Shown here one piece after another: positions 44,213-59,904 of a stretch of 64,000 nucleotides of DNA. Numbering within the stretch: position 1 is the first letter of the stretch; every line of letters starts with the position of its first letter. The notes beneath the pieces were generated by a model. That model saw nothing but the letters and a program-made list of their open reading frames with translations. It ran no database searches and was not told the origin of the DNA. The position numbers and the translations under genes were made by a program. Source of the DNA: Selaginella moellendorffii (taxonomy: Eukaryota > Plantae > Lycopodiophyta). The stretch covers positions 1,748,100 to 1,812,099 of the forward strand of contig NW_003314267.1 in the NCBI RefSeq assembly GCF_000143415.4. Direction: 5' to 3'.

Positions 44213-44540
44213 ATGGCATCGAAAGCAGTTGTTTGTGTGGCTTTGTTCATTTGTATGCTGCTTGTTACAAGCAGCACTGCTGGTGAGTTTTTACGTTGTT
44301 AGTCCTGCTTGGACGCTCATATTTTGATACTGTTATGATGCAGCAAAGACAGCATGGCCTGAACTTGTTGGTAAGGATGCAATCTACGCAAGGGAGCAGA
44401 TTCTGGCTGACAATCCCAAGTTGGAGATTCATATTGTGTTTTATGAGGCGTGTTTAGTTACTGCAGACTTTGATAAAAACCGTGTTCGAATCTACACCGA
44501 CTGCAGCAACAGGGTAGTCAGAACACCAAGCATTGGCTGA
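44213..44540 (+). CDS. Secreted potato inhibitor I family (I13) protease inhibitor, 2 exons (44213-44282, 44344-44540), 88 aa; absent from the ORF track
   Basis: MASKAVVCVALFICMLLVTSSTA|AKTAWPELVGK...LVTADFDKNRVRIY...VVRTPSIG*. Confidence 0.92.
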
Positions 44541-45264
44541 AAATAACCAAGCACTTCTGCCACTGTTGAAATGAATTTATAAGTAAATAAATGTTTTGTT
44601 GAATCAGGAGGATGCAACCACAATATGTTAGAGACAAAAGGCCATGGCAATTCTCTAGGAATTTGCAGTGTAATAGAGCCTCGTTAGGTCAGAGCTCTGA
44701 TGTCATCATAGCGGAGGAAGAAAAAAGCGGAGAGAGCCGCCCACTCGCGGGCCAGAGAGGAACACCGGCGGCGTGACCGATGATGTTCGTGGCACGGAGC
44801 CGGGGCATTCGGCGGGCGGCGGCACAGCCGCTATTACCCGAGCCTGTGCCCGTGGTGGTGGTTTGGTCGGGGGGAGATTGAACACAAAGTTTTTTTTTTT
44901 TTGTTTCAATTTATCTATATCAATTTTTACTGGGTCGTCATCAACTTGAAGATTTGTTGTTTACACGCTCCAACTTTGACAGCACATTTAATTTAATTGC
45001 CCTTTTTTTTAATCAATGCTGAGAAATAGCAGCTATCAAAAAGACATTGCTAATCAAATGATAAGCAAAGTCCAGCATGACAATGATGCAGGAGCATCAC
45101 CAAGCTCCAGGCGGCTCTTCTGAATTAAAGATCTGAAAACAAGTTTTTCCAATTTTGATCAGCAAAAGTTCGTCTAGTAGTAATTTAAGAGCTCTTGATA
45201 AGCTCTACTCCTTCACATTAGAACCTCGTCCATTTTGTCTAAATTCTAGAAACTTACATAGACC

Positions 45265-45568
45265 AGGCTGTCTTGTGACCCTCAGCACAGCCAGAAGAGA
45301 TTTCCAGAAGAGATTCCCACCTGAATAATGAATATATTGTCACTAGCATTGTTTACATACCAACAATCCTTCTACAGCACATTGTCTAGACATGCAAGTA
45401 GCTTCTTCTGATTTCACCTGCGTTTCAAACATTTCATGATGCATACATACAATAAGCATTTCATCCAGAAGATTAACTTCCAAAGGTCTAGGCGTGTGAA
45501 TGTGCACAAAGGACTCATGAGTTTATTAAGTCATCACTAAAAGGAATCCTTTTAAAACCTGATCTGTT
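45265..45568 (-). pseudogene. Degenerate partial duplicate of the 3' half of the OAS-TL gene
   Basis: Matches ~42000-42370 including introns (TGTCTAGACATGC..GTAGCTTCTTCTG, GATTAACTTCCAA). Confidence 0.8.
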
Positions 45569-47009
45569 GGAAAAAAAAAAAAGCTTGCTAAAGAATATTT
45601 TATTAGAATAATTATTGATTTTTAAATAAATTGTTAGCAATGCTTTATTCTTATTTATTAATCCAATTGAATAAATAAAGTTTATAATTATAAGCATGTT
45701 TATAATTTATAAACACAAGATTAATCTAATTGCATATTAACCATCTAGAATAAAAAATAATATACTAGAAAGGGTTTAAGAACGTTATAAATTATAAACA
45801 TGTTTATAAATTATAAATACAAAATTAATCTAAATGAATAACAATAGTTAGATGATAGAATATCCTAGAATATCCAAGCATATTCTAAATATATCCACTA
45901 CCATCCCAATCCCTCTACAGGTTTGCTTAAGCAAACAAAAAAATTGAATTTTTATTGTTATAAATTATAGTAGTTTTATCATATAATAACTAGTAGAGAA
46001 ACCAGAAAATTTAAAAGAAAACACAGGTAAATTGAAATATAATTAAATACTTTGGGAATGAAATGTGCATGCAATAAATTGTTTGATATCTCAATAGAAC
46101 ATAAGATCCATTTTTTATAGAGCATGGATTAAAAATATGTATTTTTCTTTAGGCATGTTTTCTTCATTGTACTCTACTATAGTTGTTTTATTTTCACTTA
46201 AAAACCATCTTTAAACAACTTTGTAAATTTGTGAACTCAAAATAATCACAAATACTCTAAAAGTCTAATGATTGAATTTTTTAAATCTCTACAGTGCAAT
46301 TTGGATTAAATGAATTACATAATATAATGGTCAAATTAAGTCATCACCCATAAATATATATTATATTTTTTATAATGTATTTTAGTGAGGTCTTTAATTT
46401 TTTAAAGTCATCCTACCTTTGATTCTACAATCACCTTTCTCCAACTTTTTGTAAAATATATCACTTAAAGTTTATGCAATTGTTGGAAAAGTTTAAGATG
46501 CAAGAGTTATTCTATGCTAGAGTATATAATCTCTTGGAACATTATTTTATTGGTTTTGAAAGTTTTGATGATGTAGAATTTACTTTGAGACAATACCTAA
46601 AAAAGATATTGTTTCTTAGAATGCATTACTCTTAGTTTACAATGGCTTTTTTTAACATTCAATGAGATTTTAAATATAATTTTTTCTTTCCTTTTGAGAC
46701 AAATTATAACTGTTATGAGTTGTGTTTCTTTCTTTAAGTACCACTACTATCTTTAAGCCCGTTATCCTAAAAGCTTTCTTTCTATTAATTATTCTAATTT
46801 TGGATCTTTCTATTAAAGAATTTCTAAGGGTCATAGTGATCAAAGGCTTCTAAAATGCTCTTATAAAGCTGATTGAATTTTACAATTTACTTTGATACTT
46901 TCCTAGAGCTGATTGAATTTTGTAATTTCCTTTGATGCTTTCCTAGAGCTAATTGAATTTTATAATTTACTTTATTTCCACGCTAACTTTGCCAATCCTT
47001 TCATTGTAC

Positions 47010-47322
47010 CTTGCTTAAGGGTATATTATATTTTTTAAGTAGTCACTAATTAATGTGAATTGAACCTGTACCAATCCTTCCATTTTACCTTGGTCAAAGG
47101 TATATTATACTTTTTAAGTAGCCACTAATCAATAGAAATTAAACCCGTACCATTTGCTCTAATATCACATATAACACACTTTATCTCTCTTCTATTAAGC
47201 CATTGAAAAAAGAGCAATTACTTAATAAAAGAACCTTAGTAACTATTTTAATCTTATTTATCTTCTAAAGTTTCAAGAATTTATGGTGACAATATATTCA
47301 TTCCATAATCACATGCGCTACA
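47010..47322 (-). mobile_element. Degenerate copy of the same TRIM (LTR, PBS, partly duplicated interior)
   Basis: Ends CATAATCACATGCGCTACA; CCATTTGCTCTAATATCA is a decayed PBS; homologous to 27153-27395. Confidence 0.7.
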
Positions 47323-49269
47323 ATCCCTTAGCCATATTTTTTCCCTCTTACCCAACTAAAATAGAATATAGTGAGAAATATCGCAAAAGAAATACTATAC
47401 AATATGAGAAGGCATTAATTTCTTTTCAAACTATGTGTAATTTTTTTCTAAGTGTTAGCATAGTTGGATGATGTAACAATAAAATGAATTGATTTAATTA
47501 ATCACTGGCTTATGGTGCCTGCAAAATGTCCACTAAATGAATTAGATTTCCACATTTAGTAAAGACATCTTCAATATTAGTTTGTACAACCACAGCTTTC
47601 AATCCTAATCCTTGACTTAGTACAATCTTTAACCACATAACAAAAAACTAAAAAAGAAAATTAACACAAAATTTAAAAGATTTACTTTGAAATCCTTCCT
47701 ATTAAAGGAGTTTAATTCCAAAAATCAAGGAATGAATATTAATTTTTCTATCTAGTCAATTAAAATGTTTGAGAGAAGAAATAATTTATACCTTTACTCG
47801 GAGGTCAAACATAAATATGGAGTCATGAAATTTCAAACTTTTTATAAAGTTTGCTCACTCCTAATAGTAACTAACTTTCTCAACCAAATGTGACTGCATA
47901 ACATAAGGCATTAGAGCATTAAGTATTAGTGATTTTAATTTAAGTTTTCTTTATAGCTTTATAATTTGTTTTTGTTTTTACTTCCTTAAAAAATAAAAAA
48001 ATAAAGAGTTAGTGGAAAACCTTCTTTTGTATTTTTCTCTCAAGATATATAAAAATGGTTTACAATTAGCAACTAGTTTTAAATACTAATAACCTTATCA
48101 TAGCATGGAAAGAGGCTGAAGAATTAATGGAACTCTTATTAACTCATTCATCAAAATATTTTCTCTTGATTTATGTCATAGCTCCATAAAATCCCTTCAA
48201 AAAACACATGGTATAAATTTCTATACGTGGAAGATGCCCAAATGTAGTAAACACCATTAAATCTTAAAGAACACTCAATGAATTATAAAGTGTGAAAGAG
48301 ATCATTTAAAATCATCCATTAGAAATATAAATTCTAAAATTTTATTTCCATCATTGTAATATTTGGTGTAGTGAGTAATTTTAAACTTTTTTAGTTCTCT
48401 CCTTTATTTTCCTCTTCTATGTTTGTAAAATTTATGAAAATTTTAATAAATGTTGATCAAGGTATTATTTTAATTCATCATCCCTCATTAGATTATAATT
48501 TATAGTTAACTTTCTTTTCTCTTCTTGAGGATAAAGTTTTTTACTCAATTTTCAAAAATTCTAACTTCTTTGTTGAGAGCAAAAAATTCCTTTCTTAAAG
48601 GTATTCTAATTCCATATTTATTAAATATTATAAAATAAACCTTACTCTTTCAAGAGTCTTAATAAAGAATAAAAGTTAGCTTTTAGATATTTATGGGGTG
48701 ATAAAATTTGACTTTTGGGCTTGGTATATGAATGGATATCATATAGGGATTAGAGTTTTATGTTTATAAAGAAGATACTAAAAACAATGATAGGTTGAGA
48801 GATATCTTCATAAAAAATGTAGATTAAAAATATAAGTAATAACAATTAGTGATTTTGGAATAAGCTTTTTTTATTACTGCGGCCTATTCAAAATCATATA
48901 TTGATGTTTTGTTTCTAAGATCCTCACCACCTTGCACTTATTGTCATTCAAGCTTAGGGATATACAGAATTTGACTTTAAAATTCTTTTAACTATTGTTA
49001 ATATTTTTAAAAGGTATTGTGAAGTTGTAAGATACAAATTCCTAAACCCCAAAGTGGAGCCAAAAATAAGCCATATAATAATGGTCAAAGTAGAAGTTTA
49101 ACAAATGTAACATATTTGGACCAAAAGTTTCAACTCGGAAAATTAATAAGAAGAGTGGAACTCTTAAAGAAGTGCTCAAGGAATAAGTATAAAGAATTGA
49201 TAAATGAGTATTTAGAAAAGGGATATAAAAAGGACCAACATTTGGTAAGTGTTATGATATATGGAAGTG

Positions 49270-49480
49270 TCAAGACTGAGTCTAAGTTCAAAATCGAGTC
49301 CAAGATGGAGCTTGAGGCCGAGTTTGAGATGGAGCCCAAAGCAAAGTTCAAGATGGAGGCCGAGACATCTAAGATGGAGCCCAAGGTCAAGTTTGAAATG
49401 GAGCCCAAGGCTGAGTTTGAGATGGAGGCCAAGATTAGGTCCAAAATCGAGTCTAAAAATGAGACTGAGACTAAGAGTCC
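49270..49480 (+). repeat. Degenerate 24-bp minisatellite
   Basis: Repeats of GAGTTTGAGATGGAGCCCAAGGC-like units. Confidence 0.7.
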
Positions 49481-49747
49481 ATAATAATATAATCATTGAG
49501 GAGTCCAAGATTAGAGTGAACATAAATAGACAAATGGGGTAACAATATTCAAGAGCCAACTCTAGCTCCCTTGAGAGATCAAATGGTTAATACTCCCAAT
49601 CCAAATATAGGTGGCATTACTTACTTGGATACTTAGTGTGGTTCATTGAAACCTCACTTTATCCATATGGCTAGGGAGCTCGCATTGGGTTGTGGTGTTT
49701 CAAAATGTCATTCCAAAGTCTTGAACCGTGGAAAAGATGTATTTCTT

Positions 49748-50019
49748 TCCTCTTAAGCCAACTGGAAAAGGGGCAATTACTTGATGAGATAGCCCTTAGT
49801 GGCTATTTTATCCCCATTTATCCCCTAATATACAATTTTGAATTAAACTTCCCAAAATGTCACAACCCAATATTATTCAAACCCAGGGATAATTAACCCT
49901 AAATATCATAAGACCCTTAACCAAATAGAAAAAGGGGTGCAGTTTTATTCATGGGTTCTTTCCTTCTATATTTGAACTTAATGAACTATTTCTTAAGTTA
50001 TTTTATTTAGTATTTTACA
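49748..50019. mobile_element. TRIM LTR fragment (49748-49828, inverted) abutting a decayed Cassandra-type LTR (49829-50019)
   Basis: CTTAAGCCAACTGGAAAAGGGGCAATT...TTTATCCCCTAA, then a sequence collinear with 27596-27790 (AAGACCCTTAACCAA). Confidence 0.7.
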
Positions 50020-52299
50020 AAATGAATTTTGATGGAGCATTCAAGTTGAAAAAAAAAGTAATTGACATTAAAATACACAATAAAGAAGCTACTATAAAGA
50101 CCCACACTTGTAACTAAATTAAATAAGTTGATTCAAGGACTGAAGGAAGTAAAAAAATTAAGAACTAAAGATATGATTGTTATAAAGATTTTAAATTAAT
50201 TATGAATGAAATTTAGAAGTTCAAGAATCAAGGCTTAACACTTATATCAAAAGATGCTTATGAATTGAAACAAAAGTTTCATTCATTTAAGATAAAAAAC
50301 ATTGCAAAGAGGCATAATTTTAAAGTGGATTCACTGCCTTAAATTGGTAGTAGGAAGTTATAGTATATTCATAAAAGTTGATAAAAAATTTCTTAAAGTA
50401 GAGAAGAGGGTGGAGCCTTGCATCTCAAAGTAATGATAGTAATAGATATTTTAAACCTTTTTAAAAGAGTTTGTTTCTCAAGTGGAAATGAAACATAAGT
50501 GATATAGTTAAAATTATTTCTAATATTTATGAAGGATGCAACAAGATATGCAAGAAAATTAGAAACATAATTTATTTTATTTTGATGAGGATAGAATATG
50601 AAAGGCCAAAGATTTAATGAAGTAATTAGATTAACTAAAACAATATAAACTAAGTTTTTGAAATCATATGGCAAACTTGGAGAAGAATTACAAAGTCTAA
50701 TAGCCCCAATCTTGAAATAATCAATACATCAGGAATGTGCAATTTTAATAGAGATTGAAATGATAAGTTAATAGTGTTTTTTCAAAGCTAAATGACAACA
50801 CTAGATCAAAAACCACTTCTACATATATTGTGGCAATGTAAACATTTCTAAAATCAATGTCGTTATCTTTTCCTTTAAACATATATGGCAGATGCAACAT
50901 TTGTGATTCTGGAAAACAAGAACATTTAATCCAATTAAAAGTTATCTAATTAGATAAGTCAATTCTTCTTTTTCATTTTGGCTTCATTCTTTTTTTAAAG
51001 ACCTTTAAACCTTTTCATATCACTACTTATTTTCAATCCATTAAGTCTAACTTTTTTTACAAGTTTTAAATGATAGTAGTGTTAATGCAAACATTTTTTA
51101 CTAAAAGTTTACCCCTTTTCAGGGTTTTTCCTTTACCCAGCATAATGTTTAACTTGTGCTAAAATGGTGAATAGTCGACAAATCTCTTATAATCTCTTCA
51201 CATATGAAACTAAATTGGTGAATATAACAACATTTAGAATCTATTGTAACATCTCCTTCAATATTGTCTCCATCCCGAAAAACTTCATCATTCTTAGTCT
51301 TCTTTGTTTAAACTGATGAACCTAATAGTAGATTGGAAGTGACATGATGTTAATTAAATAATTTTCCTCTTTTCCAAATCTTTTTTTTATGCTTCTATAT
51401 AAATTTCTCATATTTCTTTGCATGAGTTATGATAAATTAGTTAAAATCCTGGTTCTATCTTTACAATTACTATTTATCTAATATCAACTTCATCTTTTGG
51501 GATGAAATCCACTCTTCTCTCAAAATATGCTAATTTTGAGTATATTTTTGGCAAAAGAAATGATATTTGGCCATTACATCAACTTTAATTGTTTTATTGA
51601 TTTTGTAGAAGGAAAATCACCACTATTTAGTCCTATTTATAATTTTTCATAAGTGGAATTCAAAATGTTATATAGATATATCAAGGAGAATCCTTTTAAA
51701 GGTTTTATTTAGCATTCTTAAATTTTAGCTAATACCTATGTTTTCTTTATGTCTAAAAGAAATAGGTCTTTTCATTTAATAGGGGACTACAACCAATTGA
51801 TATCCGCTAATCCTTGAGATGTTAAAATGGTTTTCCAAAACCCAGTTCTTCACTATAATTGATTTATTTGATGTTTACAACTTTATTGATATTTGGGAAG
51901 GTGATAAATAAAAAACAACCTTTCACACTCATTATAGCCACTTTGAGTATATGGTGATGCCTTTTGATCTGACTAAGTTCTAACATATGACAAATGCTAT
52001 ATTCAAAGTCTATATATAGGTTCTTTATATATGTATATACATATGTGTATATATACATATGCATATACACATATATATAATATTTGAAATTAAAGTAAAA
52101 AATAAGTTAAATCAAATCATGAAAAAGTATCCCAAGACCCTCAACCAATTGAAAAGGGAGTGTCCTTTCCTTATATATGTAAACTTTACTGGATTTTTTT
52201 ATTAAATCATTCTCTTTGGTTGATCAAATTATGTTCAATTTGAATTGGAGGTAAAAGGTATAAAAGTGGAATTTTTATTTTCCAATAGGTTAAGTAGTA

Positions 52300-53850
52300 G
52301 AGAATATAGTGCAAAAGTTAACACACTTAAGCAAACAAAGATCATAGGGAATCAAAGATAATAGTGGGAAGGTTGCTTAAAGAATATTCTTTATAACATG
52401 GTGGTAAAAAATCTTTTTTTAAGTTATGTAGACAAGATAGAGGTTGAGGAGGTGGAAGATAGTGATTTGTCATCAGGCAAAAAATTTCTTAGACAAGTGT
52501 GATGGTTTTAAGAATTAAATAGGTTTTTTAAGCATAAGCAATAGGAGAAGTTTTACAAGCAAAAATCTAAAGTAAAGGTTTTAGAAGGGAAAGATACAAA
52601 GAAGTCAAGGTTATATGCCCTTAAGAATCTTTTGGGTTGTAAAATTAGATTGCTACTCTAAACTTGGAAACACTGTATGTCCATAACAATTCACAAATTA
52701 CATAAAGATTCCTTTTAAAAAACACTTTCTCTTTTTTCCTCTCAAAGAACATTGTCTTCTTTTTCCTCTCGAAGAACATTCTTCTTTCTAACAAAAATGC
52801 AAATTTATTCCTAAGAACAAAGGTTTTCATTGTCCAAAGGGTGAAGCAAAACCTTGGAATGCAAGTATGTAAAAGCTGAACTTTTAATCCAACTGATAGA
52901 TCTTTCATCTAGAGCAAGCTTAGAGTCAATCTTAGAGTCAATCCCATCCTAACCCAACTACACAAGGAGGCCTCTCATGACTCCATCCTCAACTTCTCAC
53001 CCTCAACTCCAAGATTCTTAAGCTACAATGATACATACCATCTCCTACTCATGTTTGTTTTGCATGCTTCTTCCATGTTCTTCCCATGCTTGGTGATCCT
53101 TATGGATCCTCTAAGTGATACCAAGTTTACGAATTTTTTTATCAATTTCGAAGTATCATGACTCTAATCTCCGACTAGTTTTACCACTTTCATGCTTCAT
53201 TAATAACACTTCTAGACCTATTTAAAAGATTTCTAGAATCTGATCAAACTATAATTTGATTGTTTCCATTCTTTCCACAGTGCAAATATATTGTTCTAGC
53301 CCACAGCAATTGGAGTTTGAATTCGTTACCATCCTTAACTTTAAATACCAATACTGCAAACTTTATTATCTATTGAATTAGTTTAAGTGTGCTGAAAGAA
53401 GTTTTAGAGTGTCTACAAAGAATTCTAAGCTTGTCCCGTCTTTCAATGTTCTTAAGCGTGTTGGAAGTCCTGAGAGGGACTCTAGTGAGTTGGAGTAGCC
53501 TACAAGAAAGAACTCATCACCTTCTTGGACAAGCTAAGCTGGAGAATCTTAATGTGCATTGCAAATGGCTATAGAGTAACAATGTTCTCAAACACATTTG
53601 AGAATAGTTGCATGAGAGAGAGAGTGAGTTAGAAGCCATTCTTGTCACAATTAAGGAGTTAGGAGTAGGAAAGATTCATTGAAAAATCCATGTGTAACAT
53701 TATGATGCTGCAAGCTAGTGGGCAGCAATTCTTCTATATAAAGGCCTCTAGAGTTGCAATTGGTGAGCCAAACTAGTTCAAAAACAGCCAAGACAAGAGG
53801 AAAAAGAAGAGGATTAACTCTATGCTATATGGATTAAAACTGACTTAAAC
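52300..53850 (-). mobile_element. Possible highly degenerate LTR element remnant
   Basis: TGGTATCA PBS-like site at 53123-53116 on the minus strand in AT-rich stop-riddled sequence; limits uncertain. Confidence 0.3.
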
Positions 53851-53993
53851 TGTCACACCCACAAGCTAGGTTCTAAAGTTAAGCTCAAGATCTTTTAAAG
53901 TCTAGTCAAGTCAAGTCAAACATACATTTTCAAAGTCACGAGTTTTCGCCCTTTACAACCCATTCTAACTTGTCCAGATCTTTTAGCGCAGCA

Positions 53994-56024
<2,031 letters not shown>

Positions 56025-57111
56025 ACAACACATGTATTTATAATAAAATTAGTATATATACAAAATAACTTCCAGCTTTTATATGAACTTTGTTTCAAAT
56101 GTTGCTCTGTGATTGGAAGCAGCTCTCAGTACTGCAAGGAAAATCGGAAAGAAATTGAAGAGATCAATTCCACTTGCGCTGTTTGTGCACCGGCACCATT
56201 GTGATCCATTTTGAGATGCACGCATTTCCCAGAGCTTTTCTTGCAAGAGATGGCAATGATGGGACGAGCAAACGCGCTGGAAGGAAAGCTCGACCCCCAG
56301 CTGTCCCTGCCCAGGGAGAGCTGGGACTCGAGCTTTTTTTGCAAGAGATGGAGAAAACTCTGGAATTGAGGCGTTTGCTCGTCCCAGCATGCCCAGAAGT
56401 GTTCTATGCTCGGAGTGACACCAAACTTTGGGATCATTGCCTCAAAGTGTTTCTTACCTCGGTGGATCAACTGCAAGCCGTGAGCATACACAGCAAAGTC
56501 ACCTCGTTTGCTTGAATTCCTTCGTCTTGCATCCCCTCTTCTCATTTTTCTCCTTTCTTTTTACTCTGCTTTCCTGTGAAACCAGAACAAAACCTTTTCA
56601 GTATCACCTTGAGGAGCATAGTCAGAAATAAGAGCAGTCGAGCTTACCACATCCTTGCGAGAAGATCAAACACTCACTGTGCCTCGCTTGCACTGCCGTA
56701 TTTTTCATAAGTGTCCACCAGGCTATGCAAATCTCTCCGTGGAAAAACTTTCTCAAGTTGGCAACCTCGCAGAAGCCTTTAAAACGGAGCTGAAGCTCGA
56801 TGCCATTTCGAGCGAGATCGGTGTCATGGATAACAGTGTTGGATGGTTGCAGGAAGTGGAAGAACGTGGAGGTGGCTTCTCTAGACAAGATGGATAAGGC
56901 GCGAACATTCTCTGTGAAAGCCCTAAGTAAGAACCTCATGGAAATTTCTGGTTGCATTATTTTCTTTGACTTTGTAGTTGCAAGTTTGTCAATGCTTTGC
57001 ATGTGAGTGCTGGCAGTATATATATTTTGTGTTTGACTTTGCCTCTTCCACTTGATTTGTTGCAGTGTACTTAAGAGGAGCAGCTCGTGCTTGTACAGAA
57101 TCTGACTAGAT

Positions 57112-57362
57112 ATGGCCAATTTCAGAAAAGCTCTCTTGTTTCTTCTTGTTCTTCTTGTGATGTTTTCTTTGGTGAGCTGTAGATAAGTGTCAAGCAGCTT
57201 CCAATTGAGTGCAGGAAGGGTAGTGATGAAAGCTACAACAACATTTGCAAATGTTGCTCTGTGATTGGAAGCAGCTCTCAGTACTGCAAGGAAGATCGGA
57301 AAGAAATTGAAGAGATCAATTCCAGTTGCGCTGTAATCCTTTGTGCACCGGCACCATTGTGA
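57112..57362 (+). pseudogene. Frameshifted copy of the cysteine-rich peptide gene
   Basis: AGATAAGTGTC versus AGATCAAGTGTC at ~23200: 1-nt deletion just after the signal peptide. Confidence 0.7.
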
Positions 57363-58498
57363 TCATTTAGAGTGTTATGTACAACACAGAAGAATAATAT
57401 ACCTTTGTAGCAAAGAAATACAAGACCAGTTTTCTTTTGTCTTGTTTCTCGCTTTTCGTGTGCTAGGCAGTGGAAAGTAATTTCGTAGGGAATATTATAT
57501 TTTATGTAAAATATAATATTTATCTGGTCACAACGAATCCTCAAAACATGATTCCATGATTGTTGATAAAGGGCAACAATATTCATGATCACTCGGTAGT
57601 ATCCATAGCAGTATTGAGAGAAAACTCGAAAAACCATGAAAACCAAGAGAATAATTTTATTCTTTTTCATATCAAACTAAAGAAATCAAAGTCGGAACGC
57701 CTGGAAATGTTTGGCATAGGTAGAATATATATATGCAATGTCTCTACCAGCATATATCACTTGTCGAATTAAATTTTCTATCTGAAGTGTGTTATGAGAG
57801 TTCTAGTTGGTTTTCTGAGGAGATTTGCAAAGAAAAGAGGGATATATAACATATGACCATAAAAACAAATCAAATTTGTATGATCCTCTTTTATGATTCT
57901 GCAAAAACTGGCAATTAAATTTGACCTGTGACCTTTCACTGCCATTTTAATTTCATTTCCTACTTCAGCAATAAGCAGATAATTTCAATATTAATAATAA
58001 AGAGCAGATCATACTTATATTAGTTCTTTAGTTTTAACTGCCATACATCCATCCAAAAAAATCCCCATGATTGATACCCACCCTGTGGTGCACAGCAAGA
58101 ACTATAGTCACATACCAGAGTATGCTAGGAAGAAATGGCAATGAACGTGGATAGAGAATGAGTTATATGTATCCTTATATATAGAAAGGACTTATCCAAG
58201 TTGCAGTTGAAATAAAACTCTGGTCATATGGAGTTACATTCACGTTTTTTCTGCTTAGGACTATATGTTAACAATCTTACATTCAAATTAATGCATATGT
58301 TGAAAGTGGGTCCTTACCGCAGAACCTTAATCTGGGCCTTAGGCCAACTTTAAGTTCCACTTTAATTCATTTCTCAAATCTGTGACACAAGTGAGTCAAA
58401 AACTAGAGTCAACTCAAGTCAAACACACACTTTCAAAGTCACAAGTTTCCACCCTTTACAAGCCATTCTAACTTAGCCAAAATCTTTTAGTGCTGGCA

Positions 58499-58930
58499 AT
58501 GCCACTTTCTCTTTGAGCAGAGCAGTTGGCAGCAGGGACATCCTACGAGCCAGGCAATGATCGCAACATTATTTACTACAACACTGCCAAGACCACAGAG
58601 GAGCAGAAAAACGCTGAGACGGTCCTCCATTTTTTCTACGAGCACAAACCTCTCAACGGATTTGCTACCTGTCTTGGCTATGGCGACTTTCCCAACGCTA
58701 TCTACGGCCACACAGGATGCTACAACATGTCCGACCAGCCAAGCTGCTCAGAATGCCTCAAGCGAGCTTACCAAGCAGGTCGCTCTAAGTAACTTTGGGT
58801 GGTACTTAGAAACGGAAAGAAGATGCAGTTTGCGACATTGGATTCTGGATTGAGTAAGTTTCCTCTCCAGATAATCTATCACGGCTGTTCTAACTTATAT
58901 TCCCATTCTTCCACAGCTCTTTTTGGTGTC
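58499..58930 (+). pseudogene. Second truncated DUF26 kinase fragment
   Basis: Same sequence and deletions as 24559-24990. Confidence 0.85.
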
Positions 58931-59904
58931 GTGGCTAAAGTATGGCAAGCAATATGTTGGTGTCAACGTCCTGGAGGTCCATAGTCCACCTAAGCAGCTT
59001 GGGGACGAGGTGGCGCTTGTGTGGCGCATAAAAAACTTTTTACTGACTTAGTGTGAAGGCCTGACGATTGTGGGTGTTAAACATCGTGTGAAGACTTAAA
59101 ACTCAACAATGTTAACATGTGAGGACTCTAGCAATGAATTGAGCATCACGATGTCATGCAATTGTCAACAAGATATTAACACGTGGCCTCCTGGAACAGC
59201 GCCAAGAGGGTGTCCGTGGTGGTCCGCATTCTTCTTCTCGGTCGCCTCCTCGCCGCCGTGCCCATCGACGCTCCTCTGTCCGGTCCCGTGTCGGTGACCG
59301 GAAGCCCTCTCTGTGGTCGTGGGATTAAGTCGCTGTGGAGAAATCACAAGGAGGCCAATCCTTCCGGCTCTCAGCTTCGATCGCGGCCACGTGTGGATCT
59401 GCATTGGCGCTAGGAATAGCTTATGTGTTAGATCGACTCGGCAGGATATTTTCGGGAGCTCAGGATCGGCAGGGTCGGTTGACGACATTGCTTCACTACC
59501 CTAGCAGCGCGGGCATGTGAATGCAGGCAGTAGCAAGTGTAGCCTTTGCTCTGCCCATGTCATCTTCTTCAAGACCGAGTGCTAGGTACTGCAAGAAAAG
59601 CTTCTCTAGTTTGTGATCTTACTTTGGTGGCACTAATCTTCTTCGTTTTCCTTTCCAGGTGTGTAGTTGATTGTTATTTGCAACAGGTGTGTGATTTGGG
59701 CACAAAGTGTCTTCAGTAGCAACCCCTACCAATGCAAATTCAAGGTGGGGAGTCAAGGATTCTTGGTTGCTTTGTTTGTAGGTGAGGGATACTATGGGGC
59801 TTGCCTTTCAAGACCTCACAGCAAACTGGAAAAGGTGTTAGCCTCATTTTTCTCTTTGTTTGCATTTTGAGAAATAGAGAATGTGGAAAGTGTTTGGTGG
59901 GGGT

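Noticed and set aside
49116-49559. Repetitive EFEMEPKA protein
   Set aside because: Minisatellite open in several frames within TE debris
50020-52100. Possible LINE or DNA-transposon remnant
   Set aside because: Too degenerate to assign any motif by eye
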